DNA of 64,000 bases from Nitrospiraceae bacterium (GCA_050246315.1 JBFWWG010000001.1:160001-224000); one strand, 5' to 3'. Positions 38,498 through 48,501 are shown, counted from the stretch's first letter. Translations and numbers: made by a program. Notes: generated by a model not told the origin, from the sequence alone.

Positions 38498-38989
38498 ATG
38501 ATCAAGGACGTGACCGGAGACATTCTCTTATCGAAAGCGGAAGCCATTGCGCACGGCGTGGCCCCGCATGATGATTTCAAGCAGGGTCTGGCCCTCCAAC
38601 TCAGAGAACAGTGGCCGGGCATGTACAAGGATTTCCGTCACTACTGCCAGACCGTGAATCCGAAGTCCGGCACGGTCTGGTCCTGGAAAGGCCCCAACGC
38701 CCCGATCATCATCAACCTCCTCACACAGGAGCCTCCGCCCGATCACCAAAGCCGTCCGGGCAAGGCGACCCTGCCGAACGTCAACCGCGCGCTTCAGGCG
38801 CTGAAGAAGGAAGTCCAGACGCATGGGATCAAGAGCCTGGCGATCACCAGGGTGGCCACCGGCGTCGGCGGCCTCACGTGGGACGAGGTGCGCCCGCTGA
38901 TCACGCAAGTGCTCGGCGACCTCAAGACTCCGGTCTACGTTTATTCGACGTACAAGAAGGGCGTCGCGGCCGAGGAGGTATGGCCGTAG
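38498..38989 (+). CDS. Macro domain protein (ADP-ribose binding/hydrolase)
   Basis: VTGDIL, AHGV, GLA..L, INLLTQ, ATGVGGLTW; GAGGAG RBS. Confidence 0.87.
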   Translation: MIKDVTGDILLSKAEAIAHGVAPHDDFKQGLALQLREQWPGMYKDFRHYCQTVNPKSGTVWSWKGPNAPIIINLLTQEPPPDHQSRPGKATLPNVNRALQALKKEVQTHGIKSLAITRVATGVGGLTWDEVRPLITQVLGDLKTPVYVYSTYKKGVAAEEVWP

Positions 38990-39471
38990 GGGGCAGAGTT
39001 GACGGCCAGTCATCAAGCCGATTTTCTCTGTCTCATGCCACCCGGCTGTCTCAGTAGGGCCTCTTTTCCCCTCCCGATCATTTCTCGATTCCGGAACCCT
39101 GCTTCGTCAACTTACGGCGGATTACGCAGGTGCTTGGCGAGCCAGCCCTCTCCCCTTGGCGCCATTGGTGCTAGGCTTTCCGACCAAATCCCCAGAACCG
39201 ACGGCAGAAGGACGAGTTGCTGGATCGGATCAGTCAGCGACTGGGGCCGAAGATGGATCAAGCGCCGCTCTTTACCTTGCGATGGACACGGGCGTGAACG
39301 TGGCGAACTCGAAAGCCTGGAAACTTCCGAGCGCTTTCGAGTCGAATTCCAAACGCTTACCTCCGGCGTTTCCCCCTGTCCCCGCGCTTTCAATCGGCCG
39401 GGCTCAAAGGTTTCAATTAGCCGGTCACTAACCTTGCACTTAGCCGACACATAACGTTACAATTGGCCGCC

Positions 39472-40719
39472 ATGACGGCACCTGCGTACTACCCACGCTT
39501 TGCCGAGTCCTCTCTCACCGAAGCGCTGGCGGATACGCCGGTCGTCCTGATCCATGGACCGCGGCAATCCGGCAAAACCACGCTGGCGCAAAAGGTCGGC
39601 GAGGCCCGAGGGTACAGCTACTTCAGCTTTGACGATCACGTCGTCTTGACATCGGCGCAAGCCGATCCGGTCGGTTTCATCGGCGATCTGCCCGAACGAA
39701 CCATCCTCGACGAGATCCAGCGCGCGCCGCAGCTCTTCACCGCCATCAAGACCGCCGTCGATCGCCGTCGCACGCCGGGGCGATTCATCCTGACCGGATC
39801 GGCCAACGTGTTGCTGGTTCCCAGGCTTGCCGATTCCCTCGCCGGACGCATGGAGATCCTGCGACTCCACCCGCTGGCGCAGAGCGAACTCGCTGCCCGC
39901 TCGTCGCCCTTTCTCGACCGACTCTTCACCGGAAAGTTCAAGACGAGGACCTACGAGCGCCTCGGGACCGCTCTGATCGAACGACTCGCCGCCGGTGGCT
40001 ACCCGGCCGCTCTGGCTCGACCCACACCGCGCCGTCGCACCGCCTGGTATCGTGACTACATCGAGACCATCGTCCAACGTGACGTACGGGACCTCGCGCG
40101 GATCGGCGCGCTCGACACGCTGCCACGCCTGCTTGCCCTGGCGGCAGGGCAGACGGCGCGGCTTCTCAACTTCAGCGACCTGGCGAGCCCGTTCCAATTG
40201 AGCCGGCCGACGATCCGGGACTATGTCACACTGCTCGAACGTGTATTCCTACTGGAGCCGCTCCCGCCGTGGCATAGTAACCGGCTGAGTCGTCTGATTA
40301 AGACACCGAAGCTCCATCTCGGAGATACGGGGGTCGCCTGTGCGCTGCTGGGGCTCGACGCGGTCGGGCTCGCCCGGGACCGATCCATGCTCGGTCAACT
40401 GCTGGAAACCTTCGTGTTCCAGGAACTGCGGCGGCAGGCGAGCTGGCACGAGATGCCCATCACCTTTCATCATTTCCGGGACAAAGACGGCGCCGAGGTC
40501 GACATGGTCCTGGAGCGCGGCGCCCACGAAGTGGCCGGGGTCGAAGTGAAAGCGGCGGCTACTGTCACGGAGGCGGACTTCCGGGGCCTTCGCAAGCTCC
40601 GGGAGGCGGCCCGCACACGCTTCACGTCGGGCGTGGTGCTGTACGACGGCGAGGCGAGCGCGGGTTTCGGTGAGGGGTTCTACGCCGTGCCGATCCGGCT
40701 GCTGTGGGAGATGGCATGA
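39472..40719 (+). CDS. AAA+ ATPase with DUF4143 C-terminal domain
   Basis: GPRQSGKTT, LDEIQR, LTGSA, GGYP, KTPKLHLGDTG, EVD..LE, EVKAA. Confidence 0.92.
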   Translation: MTAPAYYPRFAESSLTEALADTPVVLIHGPRQSGKTTLAQKVGEARGYSYFSFDDHVVLTSAQADPVGFIGDLPERTILDEIQRAPQLFTAIKTAVDRRRTPGRFILTGSANVLLVPRLADSLAGRMEILRLHPLAQSELAARSSPFLDRLFTGKFKTRTYERLGTALIERLAAGGYPAALARPTPRRRTAWYRDYIETIVQRDVRDLARIGALDTLPRLLALAAGQTARLLNFSDLASPFQLSRPTIRDYVTLLERVFLLEPLPPWHSNRLSRLIKTPKLHLGDTGVACALLGLDAVGLARDRSMLGQLLETFVFQELRRQASWHEMPITFHHFRDKDGAEVDMVLERGAHEVAGVEVKAAATVTEADFRGLRKLREAARTRFTSGVVLYDGEASAGFGEGFYAVPIRLLWEMA

Positions 40720-40756
40720 ATCCGGCGTCATGGCCCATATCAAGCGAGGGACCACC

Positions 40757-41450
40757 ATGACGAATGATCAGCCCGACAAGCTCGACCTCCGGTCCCACGA
40801 CATCGCCGAGGAGAAGCGGCAGGAGCTGCTGAGGCCGTCCTCACGCTCAATGCTTGCGGCGAGGGGGAGAGAAGGTTCTTGTTGATACAACTTCCGGAGC
40901 CGACCACACAGGATGTCTATCCGACAATCGCCGAAATATCCAAGGAGCGTGTCCGGCGTGTGATCAGGGAACTTCAGGAAAACGGCGCGGGAGAATTGGA
41001 TCTGAACGACGGCACTGACAGCGACCGCGGCTTCAAGGTCTTCAAACTGGCCGAATCCAACTTCACGCCTTGGGATTCCGAAGCGCCCACGGATGCCGAG
41101 TCGCTGGCCAAGCAGCTCGAACTGCACATTCACCACATTCGGGACGGCCGCACCGAGCAGGACATCCTGTTTGAGCTTCTGCTCAAAAGCGGCTTTCCGC
41201 TCACCACGCCGGTGGAGAAGCTCTCGCTTCCCCTCACCCCGACCCTCTCCCAAGGGGAGAGGGTCACTTCAAAGACCGTGTACAGCGTCGCCAATGGTGC
41301 GATGCTGATCTGTCTGAAGCGCGAACTGACTCTGGAACTGATCCGCGCCATGGCGGACAAGCAGCCCGAACGCGTGGTGTGCCTCGACGAAGGCTTTGCC
41401 GGGAACGATCAGCTCAAGGCGAACGCCGTGCAAATCTTCAAAACCAAAGG
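40757..41450 (+). pseudogene. Internally deleted type III restriction-modification Mod methyltransferase remnant
   Basis: N-terminus MTNDQPDKLDLRSHDIAEEK, then in another frame a C-terminal block IQLPE...ERVRRVI...GFKVFKL..SNF...FAGNDQLKAN; catalytic DPPY region absent. Confidence 0.75.
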
Positions 41451-41675
41451 AAGCCCTCACGATCATCGCGGGAAGGTTGCCGCCCAGGGTTTTGGGGTTT
41501 GTCATGGAACGGGCGGCTCTACACCGCCAGGAGCTGATGGAAGACTGGGAACTGGCCCGTCGGCAAGTCGATCTCAACCGCATTGCACCACTGGAGTAAC
41601 CACTATATGTTTTTCATCGACGTCGTCGCTGTCACACCGATGGATGGACATCGGCTCGAACTAACCTTCGACGCC
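41451..41675 (+). pseudogene. Fragments of a DUF4160-like C-terminus and a DUF2442-like N-terminus
   Basis: GRLPPRVLGFVMERAALHRQELMEDWELAR...IAPLE* followed by MFFIDVVAVTPMDGHRLELTFD (ATG 41607), truncated. Confidence 0.62.
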
Positions 41676-42026
41676 AACCAGCAGTTTCAGCTCGATGCGG
41701 TCCCTCCATAGCAACGCCGTGGCCAAATGAATCGCGTCCAACGTCCCGAGGACGGTCGGCAAGGGTTGAGAAGCCCTTGCGAGAACGGGCCGAGTCAGTT
41801 CGACGACCTCGACGGCTTCGAGGAAACGAAACACCGCCTCACGCCTGACGGCGATCTCCACGTCGTCCAGGCCCTCTGCCACACGCAATCGATCCAAGGT
41901 GCGCAGACACTCGATTTCCACCAACGCCGAGGCCACGCCTTGTGTGATCGATCGCTACCCCCGAAACGCATGAGGCCGGCCAAGGATGATCCGAAGGATG
42001 GTCGAGGAATCCAGGTACGCAATCAC
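41676..42026 (-). pseudogene. PIN domain toxin pseudogene
   Basis: GTG 42026 IAYLDSS..., in-frame TAG at 41955-41957, continues to LGTLDAIHLATAL and is truncated. Confidence 0.78.
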
Positions 42027-42297
42027 CGTTCGCCTTGGCGCTCTTTGAGGAGGAGTTCAACTACATCAAGATTCCGACGAAGTCGCAGCGGCGGGGGTAC
42101 CCGGATGTCCCTGAGCGAGGGAGCCCCCGGGACCGGGCTGCGCACGGCAAGGGTTGAGGACTGATCGTCGTAGGGCACGATGCGCGCAATCGGCGCGCTC
42201 CGGCCAGCACCGTCACGGTCCGCCCCGCCCGTACTGTACGTAGGTGTTCGCTCAACCTGCTCTTCAGTTCCGCCACGCGCACGCCTTTCATGGTCAT
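42023..42297 (-). pseudogene. Phd/YefM-type antitoxin with a frameshift
   Basis: MKGVRVAELKSRLSEHLRTVRAG.TVTVL, shifting frame near 42203 into RSAPIARIVPY...; stop overlaps the PIN start (GTGA). Confidence 0.75.
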
Positions 42298-42839
42298 AAT
42301 ATGGTCAACTCTGGTCACATTGTCATAGCGACTGAATGAGCTCCTTGATCCACTAATTCCCCGCGGGCGCACGGAGGAGGGCTGTGCCTGAAGAACCCTG
42401 GCACACCAAGCGAGGATTGGCCTGTCAGCCGAAGCAGGTGGGGCCTCAAATGAGAAACCTCTCGGAGCTCACATAATAGAAGACGCAATTTTGGGCGTGG
42501 TAGTTCCGGTGGCCTATGAAAACAGAGGAACGGAAACCCTCATCAGGTGCTTCTCCGCTGGCACAGTTTCGAAAAGCCGATGAAGAGCCGGTGGTTCAAG
42601 CGAAGTGTGGTATCGCGGATAGCGGGGCTTCGCCCGATGAGCCGCCGCATCACACCAACCGAAGGAAGAGCCTCGCGGGAGGTGTTTATCCGCGGGCGTC
42701 AATGAGGAAGGCTTCGCCTGAAGTGCCCGCGGTACACGAAATGCGGTTTTGCAAGAAAGAAAATCACTGGAGGGTTTTCTCCGGCCGCATCCATTACGAT
42801 AAAGCGCAAAAGAGCGGCCGGTTCAACCGAAGGTTGGTA

Positions 42840-43186
42840 TGGTGGAGGCGAGGGGAGTTGAACCCCTGTCCGAAGACCGTCAGCGCACCGACCCTCCATG
42901 CGTAGTCGGCGATTAGGATTCGCCACCGTTCATGTCCGCCGACGGGCTGAGAACGGCCGCTAGCTCAGAATGGTCTCGCCCTTCCCCGCTGAGCACCGAG
43001 GTCGGGCCAGCCTGCCACATCGCGCCCCCTCACCCCCGCAGGCAAGAGATGAGAGAACGTCACAGCTTAAGCTGCGAGTGCCAGTTCTTGATTGGCAGTT
43101 GTGTATGTTCCTCGAGGTTTAACGAGTCTCCAGGAGCTCGGCATGCGTCAGTGGCGTCAGTGTCCCCGTCGAAACCGGTCGCCCCC
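42840..43186 (-). ncRNA. ssrA: tmRNA; tag peptide ANQELALAA* at 43096-43067
   Basis: 5' GGGGGCG pairs with 3' CGCCTCC-ACCA including the G3-U wobble; T-arm GGGGTTCAACTCCCC; internal tag ORF ending ALAA. Confidence 0.96.
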
Positions 43187-43194
43187 TTTCTTGT

Positions 43195-43318
43195 CAGAAT
43201 GTTGAAAAGGGCCTCCAGCCTTGCTCTCCCATTGCGCCGAGCCTCGACGCACCGAAAAGAGTACGTCTCGCCTCTTCACTCGATCGGACCGCGCTGGACG
43301 ACCCTGTTGAACATTCTG
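43195..43318. mobile_element. 124-bp MITE-like repeat with long imperfect terminal inverted repeats
   Basis: cagaatgttgaaaagggcctccagc / gctggacgaccctgttgaacattctg; a related end sequence lies at 20258-20285. Confidence 0.7.
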
Positions 43319-43456
43319 GAAACCCGATGGGTTGTCATAGCCATTGTGTCGGCCATGCTCCCATTCACAATCTAGGTCATGATATCGCATGGATCAAGAG
43401 GATGCCAAGCCGCTCCGTGCCTTTATCAAGGAACTTGGTCTGCTGTAGGATCTCCG

Positions 43457-43714
43457 TTGCCCTACACCGTCCAGTTGGCGCCCGCCGCCCAACGCCAACT
43501 TCAATCTCTGCCCAAACAGCTTCACCGCCAGATCACCAAGCGCCTCCTCAAGTTGGAAGTCACGTCTCGCCCTGAAGGAGTGAAGATGGTTGAGTGAGAA
43601 AAGGATCTCTACCGGCTGCGCATTGGGGACTATCGAATCATCTATGCCATTCGCGACCGCGAATTGATACTCCTCGTCGTCACAGTCGGCCATCGACGTG
43701 AGATCTCTCGATAG
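43457..43714 (+). pseudogene. RelE/ParE family toxin with an in-frame stop, no adjacent antitoxin
   Basis: YTVQL...A..QL..L...RPEGVKMVE*EKDLYRLRIGDYRIIY...VGHRREI; TGA at 43595-43597. Confidence 0.82.
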
Positions 43715-43722
43715 AATGCTCC

Positions 43723-43816
43723 ATAATATGCTGTCCCAGAAATTCGTTCGTGGTGAGCCCTTCGACGGGACCAGGGCGAACGCGTTATCAACGAAATTTG
43801 TGGGACGCTATACTAG
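43723..43816. mobile_element. Short MITE-like copy related to 22510-22686
   Basis: gtcccagaaattcgttcgtggtgagcccttcgac...agggcgaac...aatttgtgggacgctatactag. Confidence 0.68.
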
Positions 43817-43923
43817 CGGAAGTCTCGGGTAGACAACGTTCACTCAAGACCCGTACGAGTCGAGTGGATGCCAGCCTATGACCCAGGACTTCCTCAGGGC
43901 TGAACACACGCTCATCACAAACT

Positions 43924-44434
43924 GGTTCTTCCGGCTTTCGTGTGGGGAGCGAGGATAGCCTTTGTCGCCTCGGCTGACGAAGGCCGGGCGTCTCCGGGCC
44001 TTGCCCTGATGCGATGGTGTCGCCGCCCTCTTCTCATGTCGTCCTGGTGGTCGCCGCGCCTCTGAGGCCGCGTCGGAGCGCGAAGCCGGCGCGGCGACAC
44101 CCGAGCCCGGCACCTGACTGGCTTGCGCCCGCCCGGGCCGCGGCCCTCCGCGCGCCGCCCTTCCAGCCTCGCCTCACGCCTGTCCCGGGGAGCAGAGCGA
44201 GGGAGGCCCGCTCGCATTGCCGGAGGATCGGGGCCCCACCGAGGGCACGGCAGGAAGGAAAGCTGGACCTGGCCGATGCCCCACGGTCGCCAGACCGTGG
44301 CGGAGCGAATTCCAGAAGGGTTCCGCCTGCGGAGCCCCGGAAGGGTCGATCCGGGAGGTGCGAGAGCGGGCGTCCCCTCGCCCGCGCCGAGGATGTGGGT
44401 TTTACAAGCAACCCACCCGATTTCCGGAAGAGCC
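43924..44434 (-). mobile_element. ISL3-type non-autonomous element, copy 1 (511 bp)
   Basis: Ends GGTTCTTCCGG / CCGGAAGAGCC; perfect 8-bp target duplication CACAAACT at 43916-43923 and 44435-44442; near-identical to 48001-48480. Confidence 0.85.
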
Positions 44435-44503
44435 CACAAACTATCGCCTAAGCGAAAAGTCCAGTTCCACTTCCGGTCTCCTTGCTCAACCGACCACTGC
44501 TGA

Positions 44504-45583
44504 TTACGACTCCTCCAGGGGTCCAAAGCGCTGCTCGACTTCCGTCCGATCGCAGGACCAGAGGGAGTCCGTCTTATAGTTCTCGAATCGCCCGTCTGCG
44601 GCGGCGGTCGCCACCCGTTTTCTCAGCGCGTCCATCTCTTGTGCGGTCATCGGGGCGAAGCGCCGGGCGATCGCCAGATTCTGATGCAACACTTCTCGGG
44701 AGTCGATTCCGCTGACGAGCGTCGCAATGGGAAGCGAAAGCACGTAGCGGATCGCTTCTTCTACGGTCACCAGGCCTCTCTTGATCGGCTCGCCTCTCCC
44801 ACAGAGTGATTTCATCCCCAAGGGGGCGATGCCACGGCTGATCAGTTCGGGCAGGACCCGTCGTTCAAAACTCTGGTACGAGGCATCGAACAGATTGAGC
44901 GGGAGCTGGCAGGTATCGAACGGAAAGTCATGTTTGAGAATGCTGAGATGGACCGCCGGATCTTTGTGCCCCGTAAATCCAATGAACCGGACCTTGCCCT
45001 GCTCCTTCGCCTGGAGCAAGGCCTCCGCGGCTCCTCCGGTACGAAAGATAAGCTCGGGATCGTCCTGACAACCGACTTCATGAATCTGCCAGAGATCCAG
45101 GTAATCGGTCCTGAGCCGCCGTAACGATTGCTCCAGGTGCAGCAGGCCGATCGCTTTCCCCCGGCCGTGCGTGCACATCTTGGTCATCAGAAAGACCCGC
45201 TGTCGCCTGCCTTGCAAGGCCTTCCCCATGACCTCTTCGCTGCGGTTGTTGGAGTAGTCCCACGCATTGTCGAAAAAGGTCAGGCCGGCCTCGATCGCTT
45301 CATGGACGACCCTTGCCCCCTCTTCTTCGCTGGTCCTGATGAGGTGCCCCCCACCCAGCGCGAGGATCGGGACAGTGACGCCGGTGCGCCCCAATGGACG
45401 ATGCGGCAGGCCGCCGATCGCCCGCTTGCCTTCGTCCTTTTTTATTTCGGCAAGCACTCGGGAGGCGCCGACCATGTTCCCGACCGCGAGAGCGGAACCA
45501 AGCAGCCCCATGCCTTTCAAGACCTGCCTTCGATCCAGTTTCATGATCGAATCATCTCCGAGTGATGTGTTGTCCTCAGCCAT
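44504..45583 (-). CDS. Aldo/keto reductase with Tat signal peptide
   Basis: DRRQVLK twin-arginine motif; RPLGRTG, FFDNAWDY, FLMTK, DYLDLWQIH, RFIGFTGH. Confidence 0.9.
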   Translation of the reverse strand: MAEDNTSLGDDSIMKLDRRQVLKGMGLLGSALAVGNMVGASRVLAEIKKDEGKRAIGGLPHRPLGRTGVTVPILALGGGHLIRTSEEEGARVVHEAIEAGLTFFDNAWDYSNNRSEEVMGKALQGRRQRVFLMTKMCTHGRGKAIGLLHLEQSLRRLRTDYLDLWQIHEVGCQDDPELIFRTGGAAEALLQAKEQGKVRFIGFTGHKDPAVHLSILKHDFPFDTCQLPLNLFDASYQSFERRVLPELISRGIAPLGMKSLCGRGEPIKRGLVTVEEAIRYVLSLPIATLVSGIDSREVLHQNLAIARRFAPMTAQEMDALRKRVATAAADGRFENYKTDSLWSCDRTEVEQRFGPLEES

Positions 45584-45785
45584 TGGTCGTCCCTCCGGAG
45601 AGTGCCTGCAAGATGTGTGGGCGGGTTTGCTGTCCAATCACCCATTGGCTGTCGGACCTCAACGGTTCCGCCGCGACCCGGAATCGATCGCCGTCACGAG
45701 GTCACTCCTAGCCCCTAGGATAATCCTTTCCGAGTAGGGTATGCTGAGGTTCTTTCGAGTCCACTTTCGCTCACGGAGAAGATCC

Positions 45786-47015
45786 ATGCATTCGACGCGC
45801 TATCTCCTCATCGGCGGCGGACTGACTTCCAGTCAAGCCGCGAAGCAGTTACGGCAGCTCGATTCCGGCGCCTCCATTACGCTGATCAGTGAAGAACCGC
45901 ATCCGCCGTATGACCGACCGCCGCTCTCCAAGGACTTTCTTCGAGGCGAGACCTCCGCCGACACGTTGCCGTACGATCCGGAGACCTCTCTTCGGGAGCA
46001 GAACATTGATCTCATCCTGGACACATCCGTTGAGCGGCTCGACCCGTCCAGCAAAACGGTCTCGTTGAAGGATGGACGCCAGATCCGCTTTGAGAAGGCC
46101 TTGCTCGCGACCGGCGGGCGTCCGGTCCGACTCAATATTCCCGGCGCCGACCTCCCCGGTGTCCACTATCTCCGTAGGATCGAGGACTCCATCGCCATCG
46201 CCGCGGACGCCAAGGCCGGGGCGAAGGCCGTAGTGGTCGGGGCTGGGTTCATCGGATTGGAGGTCGCGGCTTCACTCACGCAACGGGGCGTCCAGGTCAC
46301 GGTGGTTGAATTTCAACCGCACATCTGGGCCCGTTTTGCCGACGCCGGCCTGGCCGCTTTCGTCGAGCGTCATTGCACCACCCGTGGGGTCACATTCCGG
46401 ACGAACGAGGCGGTGGTTCAGATCCAACGCCACAATCAGGCGTTCACTGTGGATCTCAAATCCGGGACCTCGCTGGCCTGTAATTTCGTCTGCATCGGGG
46501 TGGGTATCGTGCCGAACGTCGAATTGGCCCAGCAGGCCAGCCTGCACGTGGACAACGGCGTCGTCGTGAACGAGTATTTGCAGACCTCGCATCCGGACAT
46601 CTACGCCGGCGGCGACATCGCCAACTATCCGGATCCATTATTCGGCAAGCGGCGGCGTGTCGAACACTGGGGCCATGCCGAATACTGCGGCCAGCTCGTC
46701 GCCCAGAACATGGCCGGCGCCAGAAACCGCTACGACCTCCTGACCTATGTCTGGTCCGACATCTTCGATCTTCATTTGGAATTCGCCGGGGATGAAACCG
46801 AACACGACCAGATGCTTGTCCGCGGCGACCTCGACAAGCCGCCGTTTACGCTGTTGTATCTGAAGGAACATCGCCTGCGGGCCTACTTCGCCGTCAATGC
46901 GAATGCCAAAGATTTTCAGCCGTTGCAGCGGCTGATTCGAAGCGGTAAGGACTTACGCGGCCAGGAATTGCAACTTCAGGATGCGGCTGTTCCCGTCAAG
47001 ACTCTGTTGACCTGA
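45786..47015 (+). CDS. FAD-dependent oxidoreductase (ferredoxin reductase family)
   Basis: IGGG, PYDRPPLSK, ATG, VVGAGFIGLEVA, IYAGGD, RRVEHW, WSD. Confidence 0.92.
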   Translation: MHSTRYLLIGGGLTSSQAAKQLRQLDSGASITLISEEPHPPYDRPPLSKDFLRGETSADTLPYDPETSLREQNIDLILDTSVERLDPSSKTVSLKDGRQIRFEKALLATGGRPVRLNIPGADLPGVHYLRRIEDSIAIAADAKAGAKAVVVGAGFIGLEVAASLTQRGVQVTVVEFQPHIWARFADAGLAAFVERHCTTRGVTFRTNEAVVQIQRHNQAFTVDLKSGTSLACNFVCIGVGIVPNVELAQQASLHVDNGVVVNEYLQTSHPDIYAGGDIANYPDPLFGKRRRVEHWGHAEYCGQLVAQNMAGARNRYDLLTYVWSDIFDLHLEFAGDETEHDQMLVRGDLDKPPFTLLYLKEHRLRAYFAVNANAKDFQPLQRLIRSGKDLRGQELQLQDAAVPVKTLLT

Positions 47016-47090
47016 CCGGCCGTCCCGTCTTCGGCCCCTTCAGAGATTTGGCTCCTTCAGAGAGCCGCATCCCACTACCATTACATTCTG

Positions 47091-47291
47091 ATGGGAGGCA
47101 CCACGCGTCACGTCCTCGATCTTGCAAAGGGCCGGCTCGCATTCGACATCGCGACCTATTTTCAAGTCCAACGGCTGGATCTCTTCTACCCGGACATCTC
47201 CATCGTGTTCACGGTCCGCGATCCGTCTCAGCATTGCCACATCTCTCTGCGGTTAAGTCCGTTCGGTTACGCCACGTAACGGGGCGGTTGA
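47091..47291 (+). pseudogene. uraH: 5-hydroxyisourate hydrolase (transthyretin-like) remnant with internal deletion
   Basis: TRHVLDLAKG joined directly to FD..TYF...FYP.I.I.F.V.D..QHCHI.L.LSPFGYAT*RGG; the YRGS signature Tyr codon is now TAA. Confidence 0.72.
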
Positions 47292-47318
47292 GCGGACGCG
47301 TTGGTCGCGTTCGTCCGC

Positions 47319-47870
47319 TTATTTCGGCGCGGGAAGCTTGTGCGCCGCACCGATGCTGTCCAGGCCGGCCTGAGCGCAAGCCGCATCCAGGTGACCGCCC
47401 GGAGCGCCGCCGACTCCGATGCCGCCGACAACCTCGCCGCCGATTTCGATCGGCAGGCCTCCGCCGAGAATCAGGATCTTGTCGTTCATGTCGCGGAGGC
47501 CTTGCACACCTGGCATTCGGCCCAGCATTTCAGCCAGGTCCCCGGTCGAGCCGCGCAGGCTCGCCGCCGTATAGGCCTTCTTACTACTGCTCTCCACCGT
47601 ATGGGGTCCGGCCCCATCTCCGCGCGAAAACGCCCGCAACACGCCCGCCCGATCCGCCACCGCCACGCTGACGCGATAGCCGTCCTTGGTGCATTTCTCC
47701 AAGGCGGCCGCGACCGCCTTGTTGGCCATCGCCAATGGCAGCACCGCCTCGCGGGGGAGATCATCCGCCGTGGCCACACTTGTCATAAATCCAAATGATA
47801 CTGCTAGAGCGCTGGCCAACCCACAGATCGCAGGGCGAGAGCGTGGCCGGCTATACCTTCTATTCTCCAT
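47319..47870 (-). CDS. GlcG/HbpS family heme-binding protein (DUF336), exported
   Basis: VSVAVADRAG, KKAYTAAS, GGGLPI, VGGIGVGGAPGGHLD..CA. Confidence 0.88.
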   Translation of the reverse strand: MENRRYSRPRSRPAICGLASALAVSFGFMTSVATADDLPREAVLPLAMANKAVAAALEKCTKDGYRVSVAVADRAGVLRAFSRGDGAGPHTVESSSKKAYTAASLRGSTGDLAEMLGRMPGVQGLRDMNDKILILGGGLPIEIGGEVVGGIGVGGAPGGHLDAACAQAGLDSIGAAHKLPAPK

Positions 47871-48000
47871 AAGTCCCTCCATAAAAGGTGAACAGTGAGG
47901 TCCGATCATACCCTGTCCGTCGATGCTCGTCTAATATGCCGAGGCGCCTTCGGTAAGGCGATCAGAAATCGTCGTAACCATCCTACTATCTTTGATCTTT

Positions 48001-48480
48001 GGTTCTTCAGGCTTTCGTGTGGGGAGCGAGGGTAGCCCTTCTCGCCTCGGCTGACGAAGGCCGGGCGTCTCCGGGCCTTGCCCTGATGCGATGGTGTCGC
48101 CGCGCCTCTGAGGCCGCGTCGGAGCGCGAAGCCGGCGCGGCGACACGCGAGCCCGGCACCTGACTGGCTTGGGCCCGCCCGGGCCGCGGCCCCCCGCGCC
48201 CCGCCCTTCCAGCCTCGCCGCGCGCCTGTCCCGGGGAGCAGAGCGAGGGAGGCCCGCTCGCATTGCCGGAGGATCGGGGCCCCACCGAGGGCACGGCAGG
48301 AAGGAAAGCTGGAACTGGCCGATGCCCCACGGTCGCCAGACCGTGGCGGAGCGAATTCCAGAAGGGGTCCGCCTGCGGAGCCCCGGACGAGTCGATCCGG
48401 GAGGCGCGAGAGCGGGCGTCCCCTCGCCCGCGCCGAGGGTGTGAGTTTTACAAGCAACCCACCCGATTTCCGGAACAGCC
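48001..48480 (-). mobile_element. ISL3-type non-autonomous element, copy 2 (480 bp)
   Basis: Ends GGTTCTTCAGG / CCGGAACAGCC; lacks a 31-bp segment of copy 1; flanks share only ATCTT (degraded target duplication). Confidence 0.83.
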
Positions 48481-48501
48481 CTATCTTGAAGCAACTGCCG
48501 A

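Noticed and set aside
39000..42839. Intact integrative element at ssrA
   Set aside because: No integrase found and no duplicated ssrA 3' end (att site) noticed in the window
42516..42905. 129-aa protein-coding gene
   Set aside because: Runs antisense into the tmRNA 3' end and has no recognisable motifs
43595..43597. Selenocysteine recoding of the RelE TGA
   Set aside because: The position fits a Gly codon (GGA to TGA), not Cys, and the gene lies among other pseudogenes
43844..44579. Overlapping Arg/Pro/Gly-rich ORFs in the repeats (also 47906-48578)
   Set aside because: Open in many frames because of very high GC; no RBS or domain motifs; they lie inside the repeated element
43924..48480. 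Composite transposon carrying 44435-48000 as cargo
   Set aside because: Copy 1 has its own complete target duplication and the outer flanks (CACAAACT vs CTATCTTG) differ, indicating independent insertions
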